64,000 nucleotides of DNA, from NCBI GenBank assembly GCA_019828565.1, contig JAHDYR010000064.1, positions 851,162-915,161 on the forward strand. Direction: 5' to 3'. Of this stretch, positions 33,025-44,259 are shown piece after piece. Both the position numbers and the translations under genes were made by a program. Each line of letters starts with the position of its first letter. Position 1 is the first letter of the stretch. The DNA is from Carpediemonas membranifera BICM. Lineage: Eukaryota; Protista; Fornicata. The notes below the pieces were generated by a model. That model was given only the letters and a program-made list of their open reading frames with translations. It was not told the DNA's origin and searched no databases.

Positions 33025-36000
33025 ATATCGACGAGGTCCAGGTCCTCGGATGGGACGTAGGTGCTGTCGGAGCTGTAGCCTTGAGACATAGACTCGTCAC
33101 TGCTCTCGTCACTGCTGTATTCACCACCAGAACTCGACGACCGCGCCAGACCTTCGGGCCGTCGCCCTCCCAGATGGTGTTGGCCGGCCCCCACAGAGCT
33201 AGGAGCTGCTCTGTCAGTGTCGGAGGCACCTCTATGTTGCGAGACAGCCGGTCTGCGTGGATGTTGGCTCGACCCGGCGTGAACTCGGCCTTGATGATAA
33301 GGTTGCGGCTTGCGAGCAGAGTGTGAAGCTCCTGCACAAGATCCATCGCAGCTTGGGGCGCGTGCGTAGAGCCCCTGACGGTTGACCCAAGCCTGGGCTG
33401 TGGAGTTGTCCGTGAAGACGGTGAGCACCCTGCGCTCCTTGAAGCTTGGAAGGGATTCGACGGCACGGACCACGGCATACAGCTCTCGAACGTTGATGGA
33501 CTCCGTCGCAATGTTGGCTGGGAATGTGCCCTGAATGGAAGAGTCGCTTGTGCCGGGGTTGAAGATGACTGCTCCCCAGCCCTCGTCCGAGGCATCCGAG
33601 GTCACGCACAGGTCGAGATCGCACGAGGGAAAGAGATCTGCGAACGGTCTTGTTGGGCATGAGAGTAAGAGGGCTTCCCACTGTTCGAGCTCGGCTCTGT
33701 CTGCCGGTTGAAGGACTAGCTCGGATGATGGACGGAGTGCTTGTAGCCGACGCAGCTTGTGGACGAGCCTCGACGTGTAGGCGAAGAAGCCCAGGCGGCC
33801 TATCACTGACGCCCAGTCCTGTGCCGTGATCTTGTTGGAGGATAAAGCGGCCCTGATGGTGTTGCGGTACTTCTCTGCTTTGTCCTTGGGAAGGCTGATG
33901 GTCATGGAGCGTTTGTCGAGCAGAACTCCCAGGTATTGGATGAGCTGGACGGGCTCGAGCTCGCTCTTTCGGACGTTCACGATGATGCCGAGAAGCTGAA
34001 GGGTCCTGAGCACCTCTGGCCCTATCGATCGGAGGTAGGCTTGATCTGCATGGGCCAGCAGGAAGTCGTCTAGATACACACTCACCTTGACCTTGAAGCG
34101 CAACGCTAGGATCCTCGCGGCTTGTACCATCACCAGCTGGAAGAAATATGGAGCCGCTGTCCACCCGAACGACAGGCCTGTATAGTGATAAGCCTGGCCG
34201 TTGGGAAGAACCACTCCCAAGAGCGGAGCGTCTTGGGGCTTCACGCCTAGCTGATGATAGCCGTCCGAGAGGTCTATCTTTGCCATATAGTCGCCCTGAG
34301 CGAGAAGGCCCACCGCTCGTCGTACGCCGAATAAGCGAAAGACCCGACGCTCCTTGGTGATGGCGTTGAGGTGCCGCAAGTCGTGGATGACACGGATATA
34401 CGGTCTCGCCCTTGGCTACAGAGAAGAGGGGGGCGCTGTGACGGAGCTTGCGCATGGATGACTTGATGAGAGCCCCCGAGGCGAGCTGGTCCTTGAGCTT
34501 GTCCAGGATCCTGCGGTCGATGCTGGCCTGGTGATGGGGGTGAGGGCAGGCGGTTGAGCTGTATGGGAACGCCCTCGCGTAAGAGATTGCAGACTTCTAG
34601 GGACGCACCGAACCTTTTCCAAACGAACCATCGCGCGTTCATCGATGGGAGCTTGGTAGCTAATTGCGGTGAGTCCTTCTGCCCCCCCTTTCGCGAAAAT
34701 TGTCACGCTTCTTGATGCCCTTGATCTTAGCCTTAGCCACCAAGATGTCGACGGCGGCCCGAGTGCGGGGAGGAGCGGACTTGAAGAGGTTGGAGCAGCG
34801 CTCGGAGGTTGCGTCGTCCCAACTGTCCTTGAGGAGGAGGAGTTGCTGGCGTCCGTAGATCTTGACCCTCAGAGCAGGAATGGTTGCAAGGCGGCCAGCG
34901 ATGAGATCACGTTCCATGGCGTAAAGCCACTTAGCCTCATCTCGAAGGCCGAACCGGTTAGGAAGGTTCACAAGAGCCTCAAAGGGATCAAAGATGTCGT
35001 CGACAGCGTCCTGCTGTTCGTCTTCGATGCTTTCTTGGTCCTGAAGCTGCTGATCATCGTTATCCTCTACGTTGAGGGCGATATCATCGGGGTTATGCTG
35101 TTCTTCAGCACTTCTGGCCTGAAGAGCGCGTTCTACAACTTCTCTCAGTTCTTGGAGGTCCTTCTGGGTGACCGGCTCGTTTTCTTCGGCCGGATCAGCC
35201 ATTCTCGTTCTTCTGAAGAGGATCGAGACGATCCTTGAAATTTGCGCGCCCATCGAATCCGATCGAATCGGATCAGGCAGCACGACCCGACACTCCCGGG
35301 TGTCAACTGTGACCCATGTGGTCCACAATATTTACACAGCTCAAAATATATGATACGATCCTGATCCGGTCCCGGCAAGTCGTGTAATCAAATCAGGATG
35401 GCCAGTTCGAATGGCCGACGAGACTTCGGACGCGGGGCGCCTACCTCATTCTCAGATCGCGGCCGGAAACCGCGAATTACAAATATTTGATCGGAGAATA
35501 GATATTTGCCCCCCCTTGGAATAGAGTAGGGGTATAGGTAGGAGGAGCACTGTTAGTGTGCCAGATTGTCGGGTAGTACCCCAGCTCATTGTCGCAAGGG
35601 CGACGGGACGTGGGCGAGGCCGGCAATCGCCGGATGCCCGCGTCATTGGTCAAGATTGGTCGGCGCAGTTTATGCGGCCAGATGACGAACGATTCGCAGC
35701 CGGTGGCTGTAAGAACGCGCTCGGGAGAGCGTCCCTCGTCGGTACGCGAGGGAAACCCAAGACTTACTTAGGAGCCGAAGGCGCGTAAGTCTTCGAATAT
35801 TGACGCGGCGAAACAACGGGGTTTCTTGCGTAAATATTCTTTCCCCCCGTTGGATCTACAGAGTTCCTGTCACAGGACCATCACTGGCACCTGCGCGCGC
35901 CGATCAATGTGCACTTTAGGTCACACTTCGAAACGCATCGGCAGGTGTCGGAGCCGTTTCGGACCTGACCGGATCGCGAGACGAGGATTTACCCGGGTCT

Positions 36001-36270
36001 GTCATAAGAGCTCGGGGAAGCCACCCGAAGTAAATACTCGCCCCCCCCATTTTGGTTGGATTTAAGAGGAGGGCTCTCTGTTATAGAGCCACACTTTGTG
36101 GAGTAGAGGGTCAGGTGGCCCGCGAGTCGGGCCTGGCTGTTTTCATCTGGCGTTACATCGCGCTGACAGGTTACCTCGGGTAACGGGCCGTGAGCGGAGG
36201 GCAATGAGATCGCCTCGCTCCGGCATGGTGATGCGCCGACCAGGCGAGCCGCGCAGTTTATGCGGGCAGA

Positions 36271-36797
36271 ATGGTAGAAAATTCGGAACATCCAGATCCG
36301 ACGGCAACGAGGCTCAATAACCTAGAAGCCTCAATCGCTACCATCTCGCAACAGCTTGCAAAGCTTAATCCGCCTCCTCCGCCGCCCGAGACCGAGCCGC
36401 CGAAGGAATCTCAAATTGATTTCTTCCCTGAACAAGATGAAGCGGATATTGACCAAACACTGGCAGAGATGGATGCATACGGCGAGCTTCCGACAAAGAG
36501 ACCACTTAAGGCGGAAGCAAAGTGGCTTCGCCGCGTGATGGTGATCGTCAACGCCCTCGACGACGAGCCGCTCAAAGCAAGACTCCTGGTGGAACTCCAA
36601 GCACGCCGTACCCTTCTGGACCTCAAGGACGACAACTGGTCGGACGCAACCTGCGAACTGTTTCTCGACTTGTTCAACACGTCCCAGACCAAAACCCCCG
36701 TGCCATCTCCTACTGCGCAGCCAAAGCCAGAGCCAAGGGTAAGAGAAAGGACCAGCCCCAGAACAAAGGGGGGTTTCACAAGAAGCACAAGAAGTAG
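36271..36797 (+). CDS. Gag-like ORF1 of YR element 3 (frameshift near 36695)
   Basis: LLDLKD..W; the homologous C-terminus AKARAKGKRK lies in another frame. Confidence 0.78.
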
Positions 36798-36826
36798 CCC
36801 TTGCCACAGATGTTCAGTTCCCGTCA

Positions 36827-38845
36827 ATGAACAAAAAGTGGCCGGTGTGGGCAAGACTCGGTGCCTCCCCCGAGGTAGTAAGCTGGCTGCGGGATGGCGT
36901 CCCTATCCACCTCACCTCTGCGCCCCCTCCACCAGAACCGCAAAGGCGAGTGGACCCCCGCCTACTCCCGAAGATCGAAGAGCTAGTCGCCAAGGGCGTC
37001 CTCTCCCCGTGCCCGATAGACGAACTGCGTCACAGCGCACCCCTGTTCGCGGTGTCGAAGGGCAAAGACGATGTCCGCCCCGTGCACGACCTCCGAGCCC
37101 TGAACGAGTTGACAGCAGAGCTGAGGGTGTTTCGTCTGTTCGGCATCAGACGGGCGGTCCGCAATCTGCACAAGAACGACTACATGATCAAGATAGACCT
37201 AGCATCGGGATACCACCAACTTGGCGTCGCCTCGCGAGACTCCCCCCTCCTAGGCGTGGTCCTACCGGACGGCCGCGCATTCAGGTACAACACACTCGGC
37301 TTCGGATGGACAGCGGCGCCGTACGTGTTCCAGAGCACGACCATACAGCTTGCAAAGATCATCGCACACAGGTTCGGGGTGACCATCGCGGTCTATCTCG
37401 ACGACTTCTTAGTGTCCCATGCCTCCCCATCGTACCTAGCTTCGGTCACCCCGCAGATCATCGACCTCATGCTATCGCTGGGGGCGATACCGGGCCTCAA
37501 CAAGTGCGTCCTCACGCCGACCCAGCAGGTAGACTACCTAGGTGTCCACATAGACACCGCAAGCGAGTCCCTAAGAATCTCAAAAGACAAGGCCGAGGCC
37601 TACACGGCCACGATCTCCAAGGCCCTCCGGGTCGGGTCCATCACAGCTTCAGACTGGCAGAAGCTCCTAGGCCGTCTGTCATTCTTCGCAGGGACCACAC
37701 AGTTCGCCCGCCTCGCACTCAGACCACTGCAGGCCACCCCTACGACGGAGACCGTCCACCTCTCCAGCCAAATCCGCAGGCAGCTGGCGGCGTGGCAAGT
37801 CCTCCTCCGCGATCGCCCACCCAAGAGGTTCGCCGAAGCAAGAGCGGACTGGGAAATACGCGATACGCTCCAGATTTCTGTCACCTCAGACGCATCAACG
37901 TCCGGCTGGGGAGCATGCCTGTTCAATGGGGAGAAGGGAGCGGCATCACAGGGTGCCTTCCCCCTCATCTCAAGGGGGGAACACATTGGCGTCAAGGAGC
38001 TCTTCGCGATCGCTCAGGCGATCAATCTCGTGCCCCAGCAGGAGTCACGCTCCTCTCTCACAGTCTTTGCCGACAACTCAGCTGCCATCAGCTGGGTAAA
38101 CAGACGGGGATCGCCGAACCTCCCCCCAGCCGCACACCAGATCCTACAGGACATCTACAACACGGCAGAAACCAAGCGCCTCGACGTCCACTGCTTCCAT
38201 ATTGCCGGACACCTGAATGTCCAGGCGGACAGGCTCTCCAGGTTCGCCAAGCTCGACTGGTCGTCACCCCGAGAAGTCTTGGAAACCATCATGCGCAAGT
38301 GGGGGCCGGTCGAGATCGACGTCACAGCACGCCCCGACAAGGTTCTGGCCTTACCAGGCTTTGCAGAAATAGCCTGGTCAATCCACGACAACGGCTTCCA
38401 GATGGACTGGAGGGGAGTCAGGATTTATATAGCTCCTCCTATAGCCCTTCTTGGAGTGACGTGTCGTCGCCTCCAGACAATACGCGCCTCGACCCAGACT
38501 GGGAACCCTCGACACTGGAGATCAGCGGCGATAGTCCTGTGCCCGGACCTCAACTCGCCCGAGGTCCGAGCCATCAAACGTTTGACACCCCTCAAGTTGT
38601 ACCTCAGAGTCCAGGCGAAACACCTCCTGCAGTCCGAGCTAGCCTGGACAGCGACAGACAAGGGCAAGATCCGCTTCGTGGCGCTTATCCTGAAAACCCG
38701 TTCCAAGCCCTCCTCGCTGACGACCGACTATCACATTTCAGAAACGAATCGTCGCGCCGCACAGCAGCGGGCTGGGTCGCCAAATTCCTCCAATCCCGCA
38801 ACGCGAGCCACTCACACGCGCAACAGCTCAAAGAGTTCCTTCTGA
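36827..38845 (+). CDS. RT-RNase H-methyltransferase-like ORF, intact (672 aa)
   Basis: KIDLASGY, LGFGW, YLDD, SDAS, KEL, ADN, ADRLSR, DW..IYIAPP. Confidence 0.93.
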   Translation: MNKKWPVWARLGASPEVVSWLRDGVPIHLTSAPPPPEPQRRVDPRLLPKIEELVAKGVLSPCPIDELRHSAPLFAVSKGKDDVRPVHDLRALNELTAELRVFRLFGIRRAVRNLHKNDYMIKIDLASGYHQLGVASRDSPLLGVVLPDGRAFRYNTLGFGWTAAPYVFQSTTIQLAKIIAHRFGVTIAVYLDDFLVSHASPSYLASVTPQIIDLMLSLGAIPGLNKCVLTPTQQVDYLGVHIDTASESLRISKDKAEAYTATISKALRVGSITASDWQKLLGRLSFFAGTTQFARLALRPLQATPTTETVHLSSQIRRQLAAWQVLLRDRPPKRFAEARADWEIRDTLQISVTSDASTSGWGACLFNGEKGAASQGAFPLISRGEHIGVKELFAIAQAINLVPQQESRSSLTVFADNSAAISWVNRRGSPNLPPAAHQILQDIYNTAETKRLDVHCFHIAGHLNVQADRLSRFAKLDWSSPREVLETIMRKWGPVEIDVTARPDKVLALPGFAEIAWSIHDNGFQMDWRGVRIYIAPPIALLGVTCRRLQTIRASTQTGNPRHWRSAAIVLCPDLNSPEVRAIKRLTPLKLYLRVQAKHLLQSELAWTATDKGKIRFVALILKTRSKPSSLTTDYHISETNRRAAQQRAGSPNSSNPATRATHTRNSSKSSF

Positions 38846-39603
38846 CCGAGGGTACCACGTCGGGCCCACAGTCGATACACAGGAAAGGCTACTGGATTTG
38901 CGAGGCCGCCCCACTCGTGTCTGACTGGCGCCCCCCGATCGCTGCCAAGCAGATAATCGCCGCCGCCCGGAACGTCGCCTCTGTAGAAGGCCTGACCGGG
39001 GGTGCGAAGCCTGTCACGTCCGCGAGAGTCCGCAGGGTCATAGACAGACGTCGGAAGTCACCCCAAGCCTTCCAGGCCGCCCTCTTTTCTGCTCTCTGCT
39101 TTATCACCGTGAGTAGAGGCGCAGAGATCTTTGGGCTCAGACGAAGAGACGTCGAGTTCGACGCTGATGGCAATGCCCTCCTTCTGTTCGCGAGAACTAA
39201 GACTGCCACAGGCGTCCGCAAGCTGGTACCAAACCAATCGTGGGCCCGCTTTAACCCAGCAAGGGCCCTGAAGGCATGGGTCCCCACGGCAACGCGCCGC
39301 GACGACGACCTCATCTGGCGGGCGATCACCTCAACCGGTGGTATTTCACTATCGAAGCCGCTACCGGCGTCAACCCTCCGCCACTGGATCCACCAGGCGT
39401 ACGGCACCGACATTTCGTGGCACTCATTCCGCAAGGGCGCCACCACGGAGTTGGCGGTAGCCCACACGAGTACCGAAGTCCTCCTGTCCATGGGGACGTG
39501 GGCCTCCACGAAAAGCATGCTGAGATATATGGGCAACGGGGTCCGCACACACCCGGGGGTCCAGGGACACCTGGCCTCCATCCTTCTCCAACCACCACTT
39601 TAA
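38680..39603 (+). CDS. Tyrosine recombinase of YR element 3 (start uncertain)
   Basis: SRGAEI, RTKT, HSFRKG, GTW, LRY. Confidence 0.92.
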   Translation, partial: GAYPENPFQALLADDRLSHFRNESSRRTAAGWVAKFLQSRNASHSHAQQLKEFLLTEGTTSGPQSIHRKGYWICEAAPLVSDWRPPIAAKQIIAAARNVASVEGLTGGAKPVTSARVRRVIDRRRKSPQAFQAALFSALCFITVSRGAEIFGLRRRDVEFDADGNALLLFARTKTATGVRKLVPNQSWARFNPARALKAWVPTATRRDDDLIWRAITSTGGISLSKPLPASTLRHWIHQAYGTDISWHSFRKGATTELAVAHTSTEVLLSMGTWASTKSMLRYMGNGVRTHPGVQGHLASILLQPPL

Positions 39604-40146
39604 ATCTCTGACGGGAGCTAGTGGCTGGGAGAGCTAGGTAGGGTGGGGCTGACACGCGTTACAACGGCAGATGTAAGCCACAACAGACATTCTTTGACGC
39701 GGTCTCTCGAGGAGACGGTCGGTTTGGGCTCGCAAGCGTGCCTGCAAGCCATTCCACTATGCTCGTTGCCGGTGGGATATCCCCGTTGGGTAGAGCAAGT
39801 ATGTCTAGAGGCTAGGACAGCTAGCTGGCGTTACATCGCGCTGACAGGTTACCTCGGGTAACGGGCCGTGAGCGGAGGGCAATGAGATCGCCTCGCTCCG
39901 GCATGGTGATGCGCCGACCAGGCGAGCCGCGCAGTTTATGCGGGCAGAATGGTAGAAAATTCGGAACATCCAGATCCGACGGCACGATACTGGTCAAGAC
40001 CGGTATATCCGCCCAGTAGGTAAGCTGGCCGGAGTCCCCTGATCGTTTACACTAGCTCTCTTCTTTAATAAACGATCGCCCCCCGTTGGGTAGAGCAAGT
40101 ATGTCTAGAGGCTAGGACAGCTAGCCAAGCGAATCAAAAGAAAATG

Positions 40147-40219
40147 TGGACGAGCTGGGATTTGAACCCAGGGCCTCGTGCATGCTAAGCACGCGCTCTA
40201 CCAACTGAGCTACACGCCC
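40147..40219 (-). tRNA. tRNA-Ala(AGC)
   Basis: GGGCGTG..CGTGC-TTAGCAT-GCACG..GTTCAAATC..CGTCCA, G3:U70 pair, TTTT terminator. Confidence 0.95.
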
Positions 40220-40220
40220 T

Positions 40221-43200
40221 TTAATCATCTGAAAGAACGTTCTTACCGCGCGCAGAGGGTCAGCAAGGTGGGGGTCCCTAGTAGAGCTCGTGGGTTATGT
40301 AGTCGGAGTCGTAAGCCTCGGCGGGGTCGCTTTCGGGAAATCGAAATTTTGCACATGTGCAAAAATCTCGGATGTCTCGACTGGCTCGACTACGACGCCT
40401 CTCTCACACGCGAAGGGCACACCACAGTTAGAGCTGTGCCACGCGGCACTGCTCGCGGTAGTCACGGATGACCGCCGCGTTCCCAGCCCACACAGCCAAG
40501 ACGACCCGACTGCGCAGGTCCCGACGGACCTCCGCGCTCAGACCGAGCCTCTCGCACAGACGCCACACCCAGCACGACTTGCGGTCCTCGGGGTCAGCTC
40601 TCGTGTTGCCAACGAGGTCACAGCTGGCCGCGATGAGCTCGCAGTCGAACCTCGAGTACTGAGCGGCCTTGTCACGGATCCCATCCTTGATCGACTGTGA
40701 GACGACCACATCGACGATCATATCGCCGTGGAGGGGCGTTCCATCAGCTGACGTTGCCGCTAGCATGAGCAGATCGGCCTTCACCTCCGTCGGGCCCGTC
40801 CCGTTGGGCATGTAGGCCATACTGGTGTGATCCAGCGGAACCTCGCGCCGTTTGGGGACGAACTGCTCCGAGCAAACGTCGTAGATGGCGTCTCTGACGC
40901 CGTTATGACGCTCGATCCGGGCACCGCCCTTGAGGCGAACACAAGAGAGTCCATGAGACCAATCCGCAACAGATCTGCCGCACAGGGGGCATGGTTTGGC
41001 TTTGTCTATCACGTAGGGGTCAAGAGACAGGTGTAGGCGGAGAATTGCAGTTGCCAAATCGGAACCCGAAAGAACGGGATCGAACGGCGTCAATGTGGAC
41101 ACTGCACGCACATAAGGCTCAGAAATAAACGATCTCTTCGCCGTAAGCTCCTTCTGCTTGAACTCCCGCACTTTCGTCGTCAGTTCAAACTGCGGAGTCG
41201 AAGTCTTCCACTTCTTCAGGGCATCCACGTCCTGCGGACCACCAGCAGCACCAACCGCCTGAAATGCCTCATTGGGCACGTTCAGTGAGATGTTTTGGTC
41301 AAAGAGCTGCTTCACGGCACCGAGATATGCCGCCGGCCACACGATGGACGGAATTCCCCATCCAAGACCTCCCTGCGTGATGCTAAGGCCCGCTCTTTCG
41401 AGCGTACCAATCACTGCATCGGCACCAACGAGGTTGGAGAGCAATGGAACGAGCGTCTCCTCCTCAAAGCGACGCCCAACGCCGACGAGGTCGGACGTCG
41501 GGCACACATTGCGGTAGAGGTGCGACAGTTTGGGCAGCAGGCACGCACGCGTCATGTTGTTAGCGACGATGATAGACGTGGGCCCTACGTCTGCCACCAT
41601 GTCGCTCACGCGTCCAGCCTGCTCGCTGACGCCTTCGAACTGCCTGCAGACCTGCTCCTTGACGTACGCAGCCGGCCCCACCGGCGTGCCCAGGACCTTG
41701 AAAGCCTCGCCGCGCGGCGCAAGCGAGGATTCACTGGCCACTAGGCCCAGCCCGGCGATGACAGTCTTCTTCTCGTTGACCTTCAACCCGACTCTGGCGA
41801 AATTGGACGTCGCGGTCATGATGACCGTGTTCGTCTCACTCTCTGTAGCGTCCTTGGGCATCAGGCAGTAGACATCATCCTGATAGGCATAAAATGCGTA
41901 GTTTGGAAACTCGGTCCGAAGATCGTCCAAAAGGGGCTTCATGCCGCAACTGAACAGCAGCGGGCTCGTAGGATCCCCTTGCGGAATTCCTTCGAGTGAT
42001 CTGAGGACCATCCCGGTTGCTGAGAACAGCATTGGATCAAGCAACATCAGTTCGAGGTACTCGGAAAGCGACGGGCAGTATGCAGCTGTCGCATCGCGAA
42101 GGTGAGATCTACTCATGCATCCATATGCGTTGGTAAGATCCAAAGCGATCACCTGACCGCCGCCACGATGATGCTCCCTCACAAGATTGGTTAGCTCCTC
42201 GAGCCCGCACTTCTCGCCGAGGCCATACTGACCCGGCAACGCCTTGTCGTCCCGCAGCCGGGCAGCAGCCTGACGAACTGCCACCTTCGCTGCGAGACGA
42301 CGAAGGCTGTCGCCTATTGAGACGGGGCGCGGCTTGCCATCCTTCTTCGGGATCGGCACAAGGATGCAGTGGGAAAATGGCTCCAGGCAGGCGACGCCCT
42401 CGAGCATATCCTCGAGCAGGGGCACAAGAGCCGCGGCGAGTTCATTCCACCCGATGGCCCGGCCCATCGCCTTCAGATGAAGGTAAGATAGGCCTGAAGG
42501 ACCCGGTGCGGACTCGGCGTTGAGGCTCTTAAGTGCCTTCTTCACCGCAGGGACAGTCATTTGGCAGTGGTTCAGTGTGGACGCGGGACCCGACACTGCT
42601 GCCAGCCGACTACCAGACGGCTGCACCTGGCTCTCACAGAGCCTGGCCTCCACCCACGCGCGATCCCCAGCGAACTCTCCGGCGGAGAGAGCTTGCGTGG
42701 CGCGAGAATAGAAGCCTCGTTGTCCCAACCTGAGTGCGCGCGCACTGGCTTTCAGCCGGGGCTGCTCGGTGGTCCGCTCCGGAGGAGCATAGAGACCCTG
42801 CGCGAAGGTCAAGATGCGGCGGACAACGTCGGGCTTCCCGTGGGCCGGGGCTGCGGCGTACTCATTGAGCAGCGCGACAAAGCTCTTCGCCCATGCCAGT
42901 CTGGCCCTCTTCGCGGGGAGCAACTTCCCCACAAACATGGCGCTGTGAGCTGGCAAGAACGGCTCGGGGACACTGCGCTGGCGTGCGGCCCCATCAGGTA
43001 CCCAGGTCACCCGGGGCGCCGGCTGCGGGACTGACCCGAAGCAGGCCTGGGCGATCTTGGCAACCACCGGGGGCAGCTTGGTGAAGATCCTACCGCCGTT
43101 GGGCAGGACTGGCAGTGTCGACCTGACGGTCTCGGGGACAAAGCCCCTCAATGCCTCACAGAGCTGCCGGAGCCGACTCTGGCTGAATCGACCCGTGGCC

Positions 43201-44225
43201 GACCCACGGTTGGACTCGTCCATAAGGGCCCGGACGAGGGCTGGGTCGCACAGGGTGGCCGTCACCTGCTCTGGAGTGGTCCAGTGGTCGGCGCGCATGG
43301 CGTCGGGGACCCACTCGTCAAAGGTGGCCCTGATGACAGCAGCAGGGCTGCTGTCCGAGCTCGAGCTCGGTTGCGTGGGTGCCGAGGTATCCTGACTAGA
43401 GGCCTCGCCCCCCGGTGCCGTAAGGTGACTCAACACCTACAACTCTGTCGACCAGGGCAACGGCACCACCCGCCTCAGATGTCTGGCCGCCTGCACGTGG
43501 TGGCTCCGGAGAGCGCACAATCACTGCGGCTGGCCTCGTCTGAGACGGGCTGGGCGAGGCATTCTCCGGCCCGGCCAACTCGGCGGGAACGGACGGCGGG
43601 GAGTCCGGCACGGCCAACGATGCCTCCTGGGGCACACTAACCGGTTCGGCCTGAGTTCCGCTGGCATCAGTCGGACTATCCGACGGCAGGAGGCCCATTG
43701 TGTTGATTGGGCACCCCATGGAAAGCAACTCGTCGATCAAATCGTCTCTTTTACTCTCATGAAGAACGCTCTGTGTGCCAGAGGAGTCCAGCAGCACTCG
43801 CGTGTCGAGCTTGAGAATAAGGAGACGAAGAGATGTCGGAGAAAGCTTCATCTGTTCAACGTGAAGGCAGATGCGCTCCAGACCAGCGGATATCCGGTCA
43901 ATGGAGTCCTTTTTGTCGAACAGGACAGGATGAGCGTTGAATAGCGGCGACAGGAAGTACACGATTTCGTTCGCGACGGCGACGTTGAAACGCTTGCTCT
44001 TAGCGCTGGCATCAGCAGTAAATAGCATCGAGATAACGTTCTTCGAGCACAATGCTCGTTTGAAACGCTGTCTTGTCGACGCATGTTCCCGCATTAGCGA
44101 CGGCGGCACATATCGAAGCAAAGTCGCACGGAGGAACGCGAAAATCGCGTCTGACGGCTCTTGAAGGGTGCTTACAACGCCTCCGGAAGCTAAAGCGTCC
44201 TGGATTGCGCTTTTGGCAAACTTCA
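40221..44225 (-). mobile_element. CRE-like non-LTR retrotransposon (RT + REL endonuclease) inserted at the tRNA-Ala 5' end
   Basis: 15-bp TSD TGAGCTACACGCCCT at 40206-40220 and 44226-44240. Confidence 0.9.
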
Positions 44226-44226
44226 T
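40428..44226 (-). CDS. Single ORF (about 1265 aa if the G6 run near 43410 is G5): RT, CCHC, restriction-like endonuclease
   Basis: SAPGPSG, RPVSIG, QYGLG, LDLTNAY, GIPQGDP, YQDD, GGLG, CPLC..HGLSC, RHN, KADL..VDV..K..Y. Confidence 0.9.
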
Positions 44227-44240
44227 GAGCTACACGCCCT
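44226..44240 (-). repeat. TSD = duplicated tRNA-Ala positions -1 to +14
   Basis: AGGGCGTGTAGCTCA on the minus strand. Confidence 0.9.
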
Positions 44241-44259
44241 GCATATCATCGATATGTAA

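Larger units (their letters stand above)
24055..35563 (-). mobile_element. PAT/DIRS-like YR retrotransposon 2, interrupted by the Gypsy C tandem (5' end uncertain)
   Basis: YR at about 24213-25150 (SRGREI, HSFRKG, GTW, RSY), RT-RH at 33025-34642 (YLDD, SDAS), gag 34660-35202; reads TWTSSIFLLVKD across the empty site. Confidence 0.88.
36147..40125 (+). mobile_element. Complete PAT-like YR retrotransposon 3 with split direct repeats A1-ORFs-B1A2-B2
   Basis: A = 36147-36306 and 39825-39984 (160 bp); B = 39781-39825 and 40081-40125 (45 bp). Confidence 0.93.

Noticed and set aside
36271-39603. 1110-aa Gag-YR fusion ORF
   Set aside because: The homologous Gag C-terminus lies in another frame; the fusion probably results from an indel in the C-run near 36695.
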